Below are positions 1 to 11,300 of a stretch of 64,000 nucleotides of DNA, piece after piece; positions within the stretch are counted from its first letter, which is position 1; the number at the start of each line of letters is the position of its first letter. Source of the DNA: a virus; IMG/VR virus record IMGVR_UViG_3300030419_002087, positions 1 to 64,000 of that record. The stretch is one strand, 5' to 3'. The notes under the pieces are model-generated. The model was not told the DNA's origin, ran no database searches, and saw nothing but the letters and a program-made list of their open reading frames with translations. The translations under genes and the position numbers were made by a program.

Positions 1-1905
1 TATCTTGAAGGTGGTGAGAGTGTTTTTGGTTTTTGGATGGATGGTGATGATGAACAAAAACCTGTTGTTTTAGGTGTCTTTTATAGACATAAAATGGCGG
101 ATGATCAAAGAACACCAGTTAAAGGATCGCCAAGTGTTTCATCTTCTCAAGGTAAAGGTTGCACAACGAAGAAAGAAACACAAGAGGGTGTTGACAGTGG
201 AGCAAAAAAGGTATCCACTGGTAAGTATGTTCCAAAGGAAACATATAAATCTGGAAAGAGAGTATATGATCGATCAACAGGAACAATAAAAGGAACTTGC
301 CCAGAGAGATATCCTGTAAGTGATGAAGGTGGTTCTAAAGGTGTATCTGGTGCCGTTCTTGAACATCATTTCAATCTTAAAAGAAATACTAGTAGACCTA
401 GTTGTAAGAGAGATAATACTATTGCACAAATAACTGGATATCTTGGTGATTTTGCTGAACTCCTAATTGGTATAGAACAATATGCTGATTTTTATGTTGA
501 TGAGATTACTGGTGTTGTAAGAGATATTCAAGGTGATTTGAAAGCTATATCTAAAAAGATAGCTAAAGTTATAACGGGTAATATTAATCAGGTTCGAGAT
601 ACGATTTTCGCCTTTATTGGTGATAAGATATCTGGTTTCTTAAATTCATTACTACCAGAGGAATTGAAACCAATTCTTGGCCAAGGTATTAAGGGTGCAA
701 TGGATGTTATATATTGTCTCTTTGAAAATGTTATCGCATCTATATTCAATGTTGTATTTGATTTGCTTGGTGGGTTAGTAGGTCAGTTTATTAATGCACC
801 TCTTTGTGCTGCAGAAGAATTTGTTGGTGCTCTTCTTGGAACTGTTAATGGTTTTATTGATGATACAATCAGTCCTATCTTAGATACTCTTAGTGGAACT
901 CTTGGTGGTATTCTTGGTAGTATTTCAAATTTCGTTAGTAAGGCTTTAAACGTTGTTGGTTTGATTTATAGTTTCATCGGATGTGACGAATTCAAATGTC
1001 CTCTTCCTTCAAGATATGATACAGCATATGGCCCACAACAAGGATTAAGGAATAAAGTAGATAATATTACCAGTAAATTTGATATTGTACCTGATATGAA
1101 ATATGATAAGGATGGTAATGCTATTGGTACTGGTAACAAATTCTATGACAATATCGATAAGAATTTTGGAAATATTTTCAACCTAAAAGAATTAACACCA
1201 GAACAACAGCAAAATGCTGAAGATATTGCAGCTGTTGTTGGTGGATGTCAAACTGGCCTACTTAGATGTGGGCCTCCACAGATAGAAATTTTTGGTGGAG
1301 ATGGTATTGGAGGAGCTGCCAATGCTGTTGTTAGTGAATTTGGCCAAATCATTGGTGCTGATTTAGTAGATAAAGGAAGTGGATATACTGTTCCTCCATA
1401 TGTTAGATTTAAAGATGCTTGTGGTAATGGTAAAGGTGGTCGTGGTAGAGTTGTTATAAATGATGATGGTCAAATTGATAGAATTATAATAGATTATCAG
1501 GGATATGGGTATTATAATGATTTCAGAGAAATTAAAACCATCTATGGTGACATACTTCAAGATGTGACTATTCCACCACCTACTAGTGATGGTGAAACTG
1601 TTATCGGTGAAATTGAGGATATTTCAGTTGATCATAGTGGTAGTTCTTATGATGAAGACACAACTGTAGTTGCTGTACCTGATAATGGTTCTATATTGGA
1701 ACCTATCATTGTTAATGGTCATATCATGGGTGTTAATATAGTAGATCCTGGCAAAGGATTTACTACCATTCCTGATATAGAAATAAATAGCAGTACGGGA
1801 AATGACGCTGATTTAACGGCATCTCTCAAATTTAGGTCTGTCACTGAGGCAGATGCTATTGATCCTGACAAGGTTCTATTCGTTGTAAATTGTGTTGGTA
1901 GATAA
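1..1905 (+). CDS. gp5: Baseplate hub subunit gp5-like (5' truncated at window edge)
   Basis: Frame is open from base 1 (YLEGGESVFGFWMDGDDEQKPVVLG), matching the end of the gp5 OB fold. C-terminal GSGY/GxGF repeats are typical of cyanomyovirus gp5. Confidence 0.75.
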   Translation, partial: YLEGGESVFGFWMDGDDEQKPVVLGVFYRHKMADDQRTPVKGSPSVSSSQGKGCTTKKETQEGVDSGAKKVSTGKYVPKETYKSGKRVYDRSTGTIKGTCPERYPVSDEGGSKGVSGAVLEHHFNLKRNTSRPSCKRDNTIAQITGYLGDFAELLIGIEQYADFYVDEITGVVRDIQGDLKAISKKIAKVITGNINQVRDTIFAFIGDKISGFLNSLLPEELKPILGQGIKGAMDVIYCLFENVIASIFNVVFDLLGGLVGQFINAPLCAAEEFVGALLGTVNGFIDDTISPILDTLSGTLGGILGSISNFVSKALNVVGLIYSFIGCDEFKCPLPSRYDTAYGPQQGLRNKVDNITSKFDIVPDMKYDKDGNAIGTGNKFYDNIDKNFGNIFNLKELTPEQQQNAEDIAAVVGGCQTGLLRCGPPQIEIFGGDGIGGAANAVVSEFGQIIGADLVDKGSGYTVPPYVRFKDACGNGKGGRGRVVINDDGQIDRIIIDYQGYGYYNDFREIKTIYGDILQDVTIPPPTSDGETVIGEIEDISVDHSGSSYDEDTTVVAVPDNGSILEPIIVNGHIMGVNIVDPGKGFTTIPDIEINSSTGNDADLTASLKFRSVTEADAIDPDKVLFVVNCVGR

Positions 1906-2492
1906 TGGCAACAACTAAAGCTGATTTTGATCTTTCAATAAAACGTCATTACCGTGAGGAGGGTGGTCAAAATTCTCCTTATGGTAAGGTGATGTATCGT
2001 GTCCTTAGTAATCGTGGTAATGGCCATGGTTGGTATTGGAACAAGAAATCTGAAGATCATTACTTATCTGCAACTGGTGGTTCTTATGAATGCTTAGGTG
2101 GTAATATCCCAAAGGAAAGAACTAAGGGTGCTGATCCTCTTTATTGTGCAAAACTAATTCATTGTAAAAATGGAGATATTGTACTTGATGCTGATAATGG
2201 TGATATCATCTTAAAAGGTGATAATGTACTTATAGAAGCCAATGGAATAAAGAATACTGGTGATGGTAACTGCTTGATTGACTGCAATAATGAATTAAGA
2301 TTAGATGCTCCTCAAGTCAAATGTGAATCAACAGATCTTCGACTTTGTGCTTCTAAGGATCTGACTCTTGTTGGTAAGGTTTATGCCGAACTTATTGGTG
2401 GTACTGCTGCTGTGACACAGGCTGCTGACTTCGGTGCTTCAACTATAATAGGTAAAATCACAGCAATCGCAAAATCATTCGGATTTATGTAA
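1905..2492 (+). CDS. Baseplate hub/spike-associated structural protein
   Basis: Coupled to gp5 (TAATG overlap). Short beta-strand repeats (NGDIVLDADNGDIILKGDNVLIEA) resemble a gp5 C-terminal beta-helix. Confidence 0.5.
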   Translation: MATTKADFDLSIKRHYREEGGQNSPYGKVMYRVLSNRGNGHGWYWNKKSEDHYLSATGGSYECLGGNIPKERTKGADPLYCAKLIHCKNGDIVLDADNGDIILKGDNVLIEANGIKNTGDGNCLIDCNNELRLDAPQVKCESTDLRLCASKDLTLVGKVYAELIGGTAAVTQAADFGASTIIGKITAIAKSFGFM

Positions 2493-3421
2493 TGGCTAAT
2501 TTTGGTGTAGCATTTGCAACTAAACTTGTAGTAGGAAGTGAGATAGGCGCTGGAGTCTTTGCTCAAAAAATTCCCTACGAAAATTCCATAAGTGGTGGTC
2601 TAACTGTTATAAACGGCCCTGCTATATTTGGTATTCAACCAGCTTTCCCTGGCATGGGAGTAGTCAATATTGGCCCATCAGTACCTACATCAGGCGTACC
2701 TGCTACGATGGGGTTGATGCTTATTCACCCTGCGATTGGAATGAATGTAACTGCTCCAATTGCTGCTAATTTTACGGGAATTGTTAATACATTTGGCCCT
2801 AAAAATAATTTTGGCCCAAATTTAACATTTGGTCTAAAACAAACTCTTGGAATTTTTAGTAAAATTGGAAAGGGTGTTGAGGTTGGAGGAACAGTAAAAG
2901 CAGAACCAAAGATGTGTGAGGTAGCACCTATAAGGAAAACTGCTGGTGTGTGGAACCATAGTGGAATCTTTAATTTAACTGGTGTAGGTAATGTTGCTGT
3001 TGCGATTAATAGTAAGAAAGGATTTGATATAGAACATCCAACCAAGAAAGGATGGAGACTTTCTCATATTTGTCCAGAGGCACCAACTGCTGATGTTTAT
3101 TTTAGAGGTAAACATGAAGGGTCTGATCCATTATATCTTCCTGAATATTGGAATGGATTAGTTGATCCTGAATCTATTACAGTACAATTAACTCCAGTTG
3201 GAAGTTATCAAGAATTATTTGTAGAGAAGGTAGTATGGGGTAAACAAGTTATTATTAAAAATAATGTTGCTGGCCCTATTAAGTGTCACTATATTGTTCA
3301 CGGAGAAAGAATTGATACTGAGAAAAATATTCATGAATATGAAGGAACTTGGGATGATTATCCAGGCGATAATGCCACCCGATCCGTTGTTGGTAAAGAT
3401 TATGATAGGAGAGCTGCCTAA
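2492..3421 (+). CDS. Conserved cyanomyovirus structural protein
   Basis: Gly-rich N-terminus and C-terminal KGFDIEHP...L.H.CPE.P...VYFRG...LPEYW..LV...ITVQLTP domain seen in phage virion proteins; TAATG coupling. Confidence 0.55.
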   Translation: MANFGVAFATKLVVGSEIGAGVFAQKIPYENSISGGLTVINGPAIFGIQPAFPGMGVVNIGPSVPTSGVPATMGLMLIHPAIGMNVTAPIAANFTGIVNTFGPKNNFGPNLTFGLKQTLGIFSKIGKGVEVGGTVKAEPKMCEVAPIRKTAGVWNHSGIFNLTGVGNVAVAINSKKGFDIEHPTKKGWRLSHICPEAPTADVYFRGKHEGSDPLYLPEYWNGLVDPESITVQLTPVGSYQELFVEKVVWGKQVIIKNNVAGPIKCHYIVHGERIDTEKNIHEYEGTWDDYPGDNATRSVVGKDYDRRAA

Positions 3422-4233
3422 TGGATAACAATGCAAAAACCCAATACATTATTACTGACGTACAAGAACGTATAGTACGTGAGGAGGATCTTATTGGAGT
3501 TGGTACTCCATCTGCGATTCAAAATAGATTGGATCATGTAGATACATGTATGGAAGCTTATAATCCATCTATTAAAGGTATCGATGCTAAAGTTATTGGT
3601 ATTGGTCAATCCATTAATAAGATAAAAGATGAGATAATAACTTTATATACTAATGCTGTAATGACAGGTAATTCCGCTACTAGTTGTGGAACATATAATG
3701 CTGGAGCTGGTTGTTCTTTTGTGGATGCATCTGCGTTTCAAGCTGCTGGTGGATTTAGTGGTTGGGGATTAAGTACCTGTTTTACTGGTTATGGTCAGAA
3801 AAATTATGATGTAGTAACTGCACATATTTGGCCTTTCGATCCAACTACAGATGATCCTTTTACTCCAGCTACTACTGAAGTTATTAATACTGCAAGTACA
3901 ACATATACTGCTGGAGTAGGTACATTTATTAGTCATACTCCAGATGGAGGAGGTGTTGTAGGTAATACTGTAACTCTTAATTCTAATAGTGGATGTTCTG
4001 CAACAGCTACTGAAATTACTAGAAAAGAAGCTGAGATAACTGCACTTAGATCAGAACTTGCTGATTATAGAGGTATTGTAAATGATATACGTACAGATAG
4101 ATTAGATTATCAATTGGAAGAATGGGGTTCAAAAAATGCTATAGAAGAAGCAAAGGCTAAAAAAGATAGATTGTCTGGTATTTTAACAGCTTTTAGTGAT
4201 TCAAGATATAATAGTCTGTTTCTAAAAACCTAG
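3421..4233 (+). CDS. Hypothetical, probably structural, coiled-coil protein
   Basis: 270-aa ORF continuing the gp5 operon; GVGT motifs like neighbouring virion proteins. Confidence 0.55.
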   Translation: MDNNAKTQYIITDVQERIVREEDLIGVGTPSAIQNRLDHVDTCMEAYNPSIKGIDAKVIGIGQSINKIKDEIITLYTNAVMTGNSATSCGTYNAGAGCSFVDASAFQAAGGFSGWGLSTCFTGYGQKNYDVVTAHIWPFDPTTDDPFTPATTEVINTASTTYTAGVGTFISHTPDGGGVVGNTVTLNSNSGCSATATEITRKEAEITALRSELADYRGIVNDIRTDRLDYQLEEWGSKNAIEEAKAKKDRLSGILTAFSDSRYNSLFLKT

Positions 4234-4236
4234 CCC

Positions 4237-4265
4237 TTGCCAAGGTGGGTATGTAGTGGTATTAT
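4237..4265 (+). promoter_or_regulatory. sigma70-like promoter
   Basis: TTGCCA-17nt-TATTAT with extended TG, upstream of a small ORF and the tRNA. Confidence 0.55.
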
Positions 4266-4292
4266 AGTTCAGTAACAAAGGTCAGGTGCCTA

Positions 4293-4499
4293 ATGGAAAG
4301 AGAAGACGAGTATCTAACAACCGTTGTTATTAATGTTCAAGAAAAGTCGTTTCGTCTTCTTTCTGATGAAGGAGTTGAACAAAGTATCACATGTGATACA
4401 ATGTCGCAATTCATGGATTTACTTGAGATGGTTAAGTGTTCAGAGGAATTTGGTGTAGAAATTCGGTACGTTGAACCGAAAACTGCGGGAGTAGTTTAA
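4293..4499 (+). CDS. Small acidic hypothetical protein
   Basis: 68-aa ORF with AGGT upstream; its 3' end overlaps the tRNA. Confidence 0.6.
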   Translation: MEREDEYLTTVVINVQEKSFRLLSDEGVEQSITCDTMSQFMDLLEMVKCSEEFGVEIRYVEPKTAGVV

Positions 4500-4555
4500 T
4501 GGTAGAATCTGAGTGTTCCACACTCCAGCTGTAGGTTCGATTCCTACCTCCCGCT
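4485..4555 (+). tRNA. tRNA-Gly (anticodon TCC), CCA not encoded
   Basis: Cloverleaf: acceptor GCGGGAG/CTCCCGC, D arm GTTT-AATGGTA-GAAT, anticodon arm TGAGT-GTTCCAC-ACTCC, T arm GTAGG-TTCGATT-CCTAC, discriminator T (Gly identity). Confidence 0.88.
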
Positions 4556-4556
4556 T

Positions 4557-4706
4557 ATGACTTTAAGAGACTATATAGAAAGACCAAAAAAAGAATGGAC
4601 TGATAAAGATTGGCTGAAAGAAGCTTACATCATGGTTCATTCGCCATGGATTGATGATGAAGAACGAGAATACTGGAGAGATAAAATAAAAGAATTACAA
4701 AAATGA
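4557..4706 (+). CDS. Small hypothetical protein (49 aa, not in ORF track)
   Basis: MTLRDYIERPKKEWTDKDW...KIKELQK*, ATGA-coupled to the next gene. Confidence 0.55.
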   Translation: MTLRDYIERPKKEWTDKDWLKEAYIMVHSPWIDDEEREYWRDKIKELQK

Positions 4707-5317
4707 CTTATAAAGTTCCTTTTATTATAGAAGATAATTTTCTTCCACAAAATGAATTGGAAGATGTATGGACAGAAACTAAAAGTCTTTATAAAAATCT
4801 TAGGCCTGGATGGACTAGTAATCCAGCTACTAAAGATGGAGAGGTTTTAAAACAAAATTCTCATTTATTTTATCATGAATTTTATGGAGATGCATATAAT
4901 GAGTCAATTACATCAGAGATACTTATAAAGAGGATTATACACGATAAATTCTTAGATAAATTTGAAGATAGACTTGTAAGAGATTTAGCACAGAACATTA
5001 ACTGGCAAGGATTAATGTTGTCATATTATGATGATGGTGATAGTTATAAACCACATCATGATCAGGCTATGTTTACCGTTCTTTATTGGTTACATAAACA
5101 ACCTAAGAAGTTTAGTGGTGGTAAATTACACCTATATAATGATACGACTAGTTCAAATCCTGAAGCCTTTATTCCGTTTGAACCTAGACATAATAGAATA
5201 TTAATATTTCCCTCACCTTATATGCACGAAGTAACCCCAGTTACTTTGAATGAGGAAGATAGAAAAAAAGGATTAGGTAGATACTGCATTACTATGTTCT
5301 GCGGAATTCAACCATAG
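4703..5317 (+). CDS. 2OG-Fe(II) oxygenase
   Basis: YKPHHD (HxD), GGKL, FPSPYMHEVTPV (distal His), RYCIT (2OG-binding Arg). Confidence 0.88.
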   Translation: MTYKVPFIIEDNFLPQNELEDVWTETKSLYKNLRPGWTSNPATKDGEVLKQNSHLFYHEFYGDAYNESITSEILIKRIIHDKFLDKFEDRLVRDLAQNINWQGLMLSYYDDGDSYKPHHDQAMFTVLYWLHKQPKKFSGGKLHLYNDTTSSNPEAFIPFEPRHNRILIFPSPYMHEVTPVTLNEEDRKKGLGRYCITMFCGIQP

Positions 5318-5336
5318 TCTTTCATATCTTCCTTGT

Positions 5337-5343
5337 CTAAATA
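5337..5343 (+). promoter_or_regulatory. T4-like late promoter
   Basis: CTAAATA about 40 nt upstream of the fibre gene. Confidence 0.55.
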
Positions 5344-5381
5344 TAAGGAGAAGAAATCTTGTTAATCTCAGGATAAGCGAA

Positions 5382-8300
5382 ATGCCTTTAAGTAGACTAG
5401 AGAATTTCCTAAAGAATGTTGAAGGTAACATTTTATATGTAAACCCGACAGATCTGGACGCAACTGACAGTATTGAAAACCAAGGTAATTCACTTACCCG
5501 ACCATTCAAATCGATTCAAAGGGCGTTATTAGAAGCTGCTAGGTTTTCATATCAGATAGGACAAAATAACGATAAGTTTAATAGAACAACGATATTATTA
5601 TATCCAGGCACACATGAAGTTGATAACAGGCCTGGTTATAACGTAATCAACTCCTCTGGTGCAGCTCTTTATAGAGATAGGAATGGTGTAATTAAAGCAC
5701 TTGAACAATTAACTGATGAGAGTAATTATAATATAAATGATCCCACTAACGAACTTTATAAGTATAACTCAACTGAGGGTGGTGTTATTATCCCTCGTGG
5801 TACTTCTATTGTTGGTTTAGATTTACGTAAAACAAATATAAGACCTAAGTTTGTTCCCGATCCTACAAACGACGGTATTCTTAGATCAGCTATATTCCGT
5901 GTAACTGGTGGATGTTATTTCTGGCAATTCACTATATTTGATGGAGATCCTAATAGTTCTGTTTATAGAGATTATACAACAAATAGATATACTCCTAGAT
6001 TTTCACACCATAAACTAACTGTATTTGAATATGCAGATGGTGTAAACGGTGTTGGTATTGGTACTTCTACCAGTTCAACTGACCTTCAGATGTATTATCA
6101 TAAGGTTCAGAAGGCCTATGGTGATAGTTCTGGTCGTGCGATTGGTGACTTCCCATCTACTGCTGACATGCAACCTAAGTTGCCTGAATATGAGATGGTT
6201 GGCCCTGTTGCGGCAAGTAATATTGGTATTACCAGTATGAGAGCTGGTGCTGGATCTCTATCTAATACTTCAACCACAGTTACAGTAGATTGTAAGACAG
6301 CTCATAGCCTTGTTGTAGATAGTTCTGTTCGTATATCAGGTGTTAATACATATCCAAACATTTATAATGGTAATTTCGTTGTAACAGGTGTATCTTCTGA
6401 TCGGATATTTACATATCGAACCAGTTCCCCACCTCTTGATGGTCTACCAGCAATGGATGGTGATGAACAAGTCATTGCTGATACTGATACTATTACAGGT
6501 ACTTCTCCATATATCTTTAACTGTTCTCTACGTTCAGTTTATGGTATGTGTGGTATGCACGCTGATGGTAGCAAATCGACTGGATTTAAGTCGATGGTTG
6601 TTGCCCAGTACACTGGTGTAGGTCTACAAAAAGATAATGATGCTTTCTTATTATACAATAGTAGTACGTCCCAATATGATACTAATGCCACAGTTGCCGA
6701 TAGTGAAAAACCATTATATCTGAATAGTGATGCCATTTATAGGCCTTCTTATGAGAACTATCATGTTAAATGTTCTAATAAGGCGGTTATTCAGATTGTA
6801 TCTGTGTTTGCTATTGGTTACGCCCAACAATTCTTGGCTGAATCTGGTGGAGACCAATCAATAACAAACTCTAACTCTAACTTTGGTTCAAAGGCATTAA
6901 AAGCTTCTGGTTTCCAAGATCAGGCATTTGTTAGAGATGATAAAGGATATGTTACTCATATTATTCCACCACAGAGACTTGAGAAGGCTAATAAATCTGT
7001 AGAATGGGGTGCTATTAATGTTGGATTAACTACAGCTCCTGTTGGTGTTGGTACTACAGCTAAGATATTCTTAGATGGATTTACTGATCCAGATATTCCA
7101 CCCCCAGTTATTATTGAAGGATTTAGAATTGGTGCAAAGAGAACCTTTGATCCTCAAAACTTATGCACTAATCCAGACCTTCTAAAAGTTAATGTTGCTG
7201 GTGTTGGTACATATTCTGCACCCATTACGATGATTAATTCGGATGGTAGTGAAGGCCCGACAGCTTTAAAAGAATATGTTGTAGGATTTGTTGGTGCTGC
7301 TAACAGTATTACAAGTAGTACATTAACTCTTAGACAAGATCATCAACTATTTGCAGGTGAAAGTATTAGAGTTATAGCTGATGATGGTGCTTTACCAGAT
7401 GGAGTTGATTCAGGAAAGATATATTATGCTGTAACTAATGATTCTCAGAATGAAACTCTAAATGCAAATCAGATTAAACTTGCTAAGACTGAGAATGAGG
7501 CTATACTAGGTGGTTCTGGTAACTTTATTGTCATTAGTAATGATAAAGGTGGTAGAATACGAATTAATTCTAGGGTAACTGATAAATTACCAGGCGATTT
7601 TGCTCATCCAGTTCAATATGATACTACCAATAAGAACTGGTATGTACGTTGTTCCATTGATCCAGCTATTAATACAGTTTGGAGTGGTATTACAACTAAC
7701 CAAGATGCTCTTGGGCCTAGAACTAATAAGACATTCTTTGAAAGAAGAGAGGATACAAGATCTTTAGGTAATAGGATCTATAAGTTACGTTATGTTATTC
7801 CTAAAGAGGAACAGGATGCTAGACCACCTATTCCTGGCTATGTTGTCCAAGAATCTAGTACTACTGGTGTAACTACTGCAACTGATTTCACTGATAATAT
7901 TCCTAACGCTACTGTTCTAAGGAATGTACGTATTATAAACACCGTTAATAGGGATTCAAATACTGGTATTACTACAATTTGTACTGAGAAACCTCATGAC
8001 TTGATGGTTGGTGATAGAGTACTGTTCAAAAATATAAGAAGTACTGCAAATACAGTTGGTGCTGCTAATACTGGATATAATACTATTAGAAATGTTGTTG
8101 GTGTTACTAGTTCTAAGGGATTTGAAGTTTCTTATGGATATGCGCCAGGAAACTTTATTACTAACGTTTCTACTAGAAATTCAAGTCTACCTACATTCTC
8201 TAAACAACAAGCAAAAGGAACCTTTGTTGTTTATCGTGTAGAGACTCTTAAAGAACAACAGTATAACAAACAAGATGGTGTTTATCATCTAATATGTGTT

Positions 8301-11300
8301 GATAGTAGTATTAGTCCAACTGTTAACGAATTCAGTAATAGAAAGTATACTCAAGCTATTGAGAATTTATATCCACAATTTGATGGTGATAACTTTGTAA
8401 TGGATGCCTCTGCTGCATCCAGTTATGCTATTAATGATCCAGTTGGTAAGGTTGTAACTAACAGTTTACAGTACAGTATCACTAGAGAATTTGCTAACAG
8501 ATATATTAGATCATTTGGCCCAGGCATTGCGGTCACATATGCTGCAGGTTCTACTGCTGGTGTTAGTACCATCTATACAGACCGTGAACATAATCTGAAT
8601 CAGATAACTGCCGTAAGTATTGGTAATAGTGGTGTTAATTATGGTGCTGGTATTTCAACCACTCTTTATAACGCAACTCTATCATACGTTGGAGTAAGTA
8701 CTGGTGAAGGTGCTACTGCAAATATAACCATTGATGCTCTTGGTGGTATTACTGCTATCTCAATTGTTGATGGTGGATCTGCATACGGTGTTGGACATAC
8801 TCTTGAAGTTGTTGGTGTTCAGACTGCTGGAAGTCATACTCGTGGATGGGTTAATGTTACTAAGATTGCTAATAATATAGGTGATGCAATTGAAATAGTT
8901 GGTGTTGGTACTTCACTTGGTCGTTATACCAGTGGATATTGTGGAATCCATACTATTGTATCTCTAAAACCAAAAGAGGTTACTTATAATAACGGGTTCA
9001 ATCCAGGCGTTTATGATGTAAACACTGTTGGAATGGCTTCAGGCTTCATGTTATATGCAGGCCCTGTACCTCCAGTATCTACTATTTCATACTCTAGTGC
9101 TGCAACTGGAATTGCAACAGTTACTACTTCTGGGCCTCATGGATTAAATGTTAACAACCCATTTAAGATAGTTGGTGTTGCTCAGACAATTTATAATACA
9201 GAATCTATAGTTAATGAGAGAATAAGTACAACTCAGTTTAACTTCAAGTTTACTGATAAGGCTATTCCAGCAACTTATACTGCTGGTGGTAGTGTTATAC
9301 CAATTAACTATGGCCCTCGTGGTGGTAAGACTGAATCTGGTAATGAAAGGATTGCTCAGAGACTTGTTCCTTTCAGAACTGGTATTCAAACTTCAATGAG
9401 TGCCGCCTCAATTAACTCAACAACTACTACTCTTACTTTGGGTGATAGTTCTGGTTTCTATAAGGGTGACTACGTTCAGATTGATGGTGAGGTTATTCGT
9501 ATCTCCTCAGATTTCTCTTCTAATCAGGCAACAGTAATAAGAGGTCAACTTGGTTCTCGTTCTTCTGCACATGATGCTAGTTCTTTAGTTAAGAAGATTC
9601 GTATTATTGCTTCTGAGAAGAGAAGACACTCAATTCTACGTGCTTCTGGTCATACATTTGAATATGTTGGATATGGGCCAGGTAACTACTCAACTGGTTT
9701 ACCACAGAAACAAGATAGGATTCTATCAAAAGAAGAACAGTTCCTTTCTCAGTCACAGAACCCTGATGGTGGTGCTGTAGTTTATACTGGTGTTAATGAT
9801 GCTGGTGACTTCTACATTGGTAACAAAGTTATTAACTCTAAGGATGGTACTGAATCTACATTCAATATTCCAATTCCAACTGTAACTGGTGCTGATGAGG
9901 ATGCTGCAGGAGCTGCTACAAGATTAGATGCTATCTTTGATAGTGTAACTGTCAGGGAAGGATTATCAGTTGATGGAGATAATAATACAACAGTTAAGTT
10001 AAATGCTCCTACCACAATTACTGAGAAATTAACAACAACATCTGCTGATGGTGCTGAATTTGTTAAGATAACCATTAATGGTGGTTTACCAGAGAATAGA
10101 ACATTTACTTACTCTCCAACCAAACCAACAGGTACAGGAACTCTTGGAGATTTAACCTTTAATTCTAGTCCAAACTTTGGCGAATATCTTGGGTGGACAT
10201 ATACCAACCAAGGATGGAAGAGATTTGGTCTTATTTCTGCTGAGGCTGATTCAACAAAACTAAGTCTTGGTACTGTTGGTGTTGGTTCTACCAGTGCTAA
10301 TCGTATTGGTCAACAAAATGGTATTGATGTAAGAGGTACGATTGTTGCTGATGCTTTTGTTTGTGCTGGAATTTGTACTTTCTCTGGTTCAACAACATTC
10401 GCTTCTATTACCTTTAGTGAATTAACTGTTGGTGTTGCTACTGTTACTGGTAGATTGGATATTAATGGTGACTTTGATTGTGGAATTGCAACAGTTACTA
10501 CACTGAAATTAGCCAATAGTGATAAGATTTTGATGGGAGATAGTGATTTCCTTGAGATATATCATGACGGCAGTGATGCTTACTTCAAGAATACTGGTGG
10601 TACTGGTGGTCGTACTTATATTCAAGGCCCATCCAGCGGTGGTCAAGAGATGCGTCTACAGGCCAAGGCTGGAGAAGATGGTATCGTCATAAATGACGGT
10701 GGTGCTATTACAATCGGTCATGCTGGTAGTACCAAGATTGAGACAACTTCATCAGGTATTACTGTAACTGGTACAATTAATGGTTCTATTGAGTACTCCA
10801 ATGGTGTACTTACAGATACAGTTGGTTCTAATACTGATTATCAGGTAGGTTTTGTTACTGCTGCTTCTGGTACTTACAATAGACTCTTTATTGATTCTCA
10901 ATCTTCGGCATTCACCTATAATCCAAACTCAAATACATTGAGTGCTGGAACATTTAATGGATCTGGTGCAAGTTTAACTAATATTCCAAATAGTGCAACG
11001 ACAGCTACAGATAGTAACTCTCCTAACACTATTGTTGGTAGAGATGCTTCTGGTAACTTCTCTGCTGGTACTATTACCGCAACCTTGAGTGGTAATGCAT
11101 CTTCGGCTAGTTTGGTTGATGTTAATGCTAATAATACTACCAATGAAACTGTTTATCCAGTATTTGTAGATTCAACTGGTAGTGCTGTTCAGTTAGAAAG
11201 AGATACAGGATTGACTTATAATCCAAGTACTCAGATTCTAACTTGTACTACGGTTAGTGCTGGCTTGAATGGTATTGCATCAGAAGCTACTACTGTTAGA

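Noticed and set aside
1-1905. Lysozyme domain in gp5
   Set aside because: No T4-lysozyme motif is recognisable in the visible part.
4485-4555. tRNA as a prophage attachment site
   Set aside because: No integrase and no duplicated tRNA 3' end; the context is a lytic T4-like genome.
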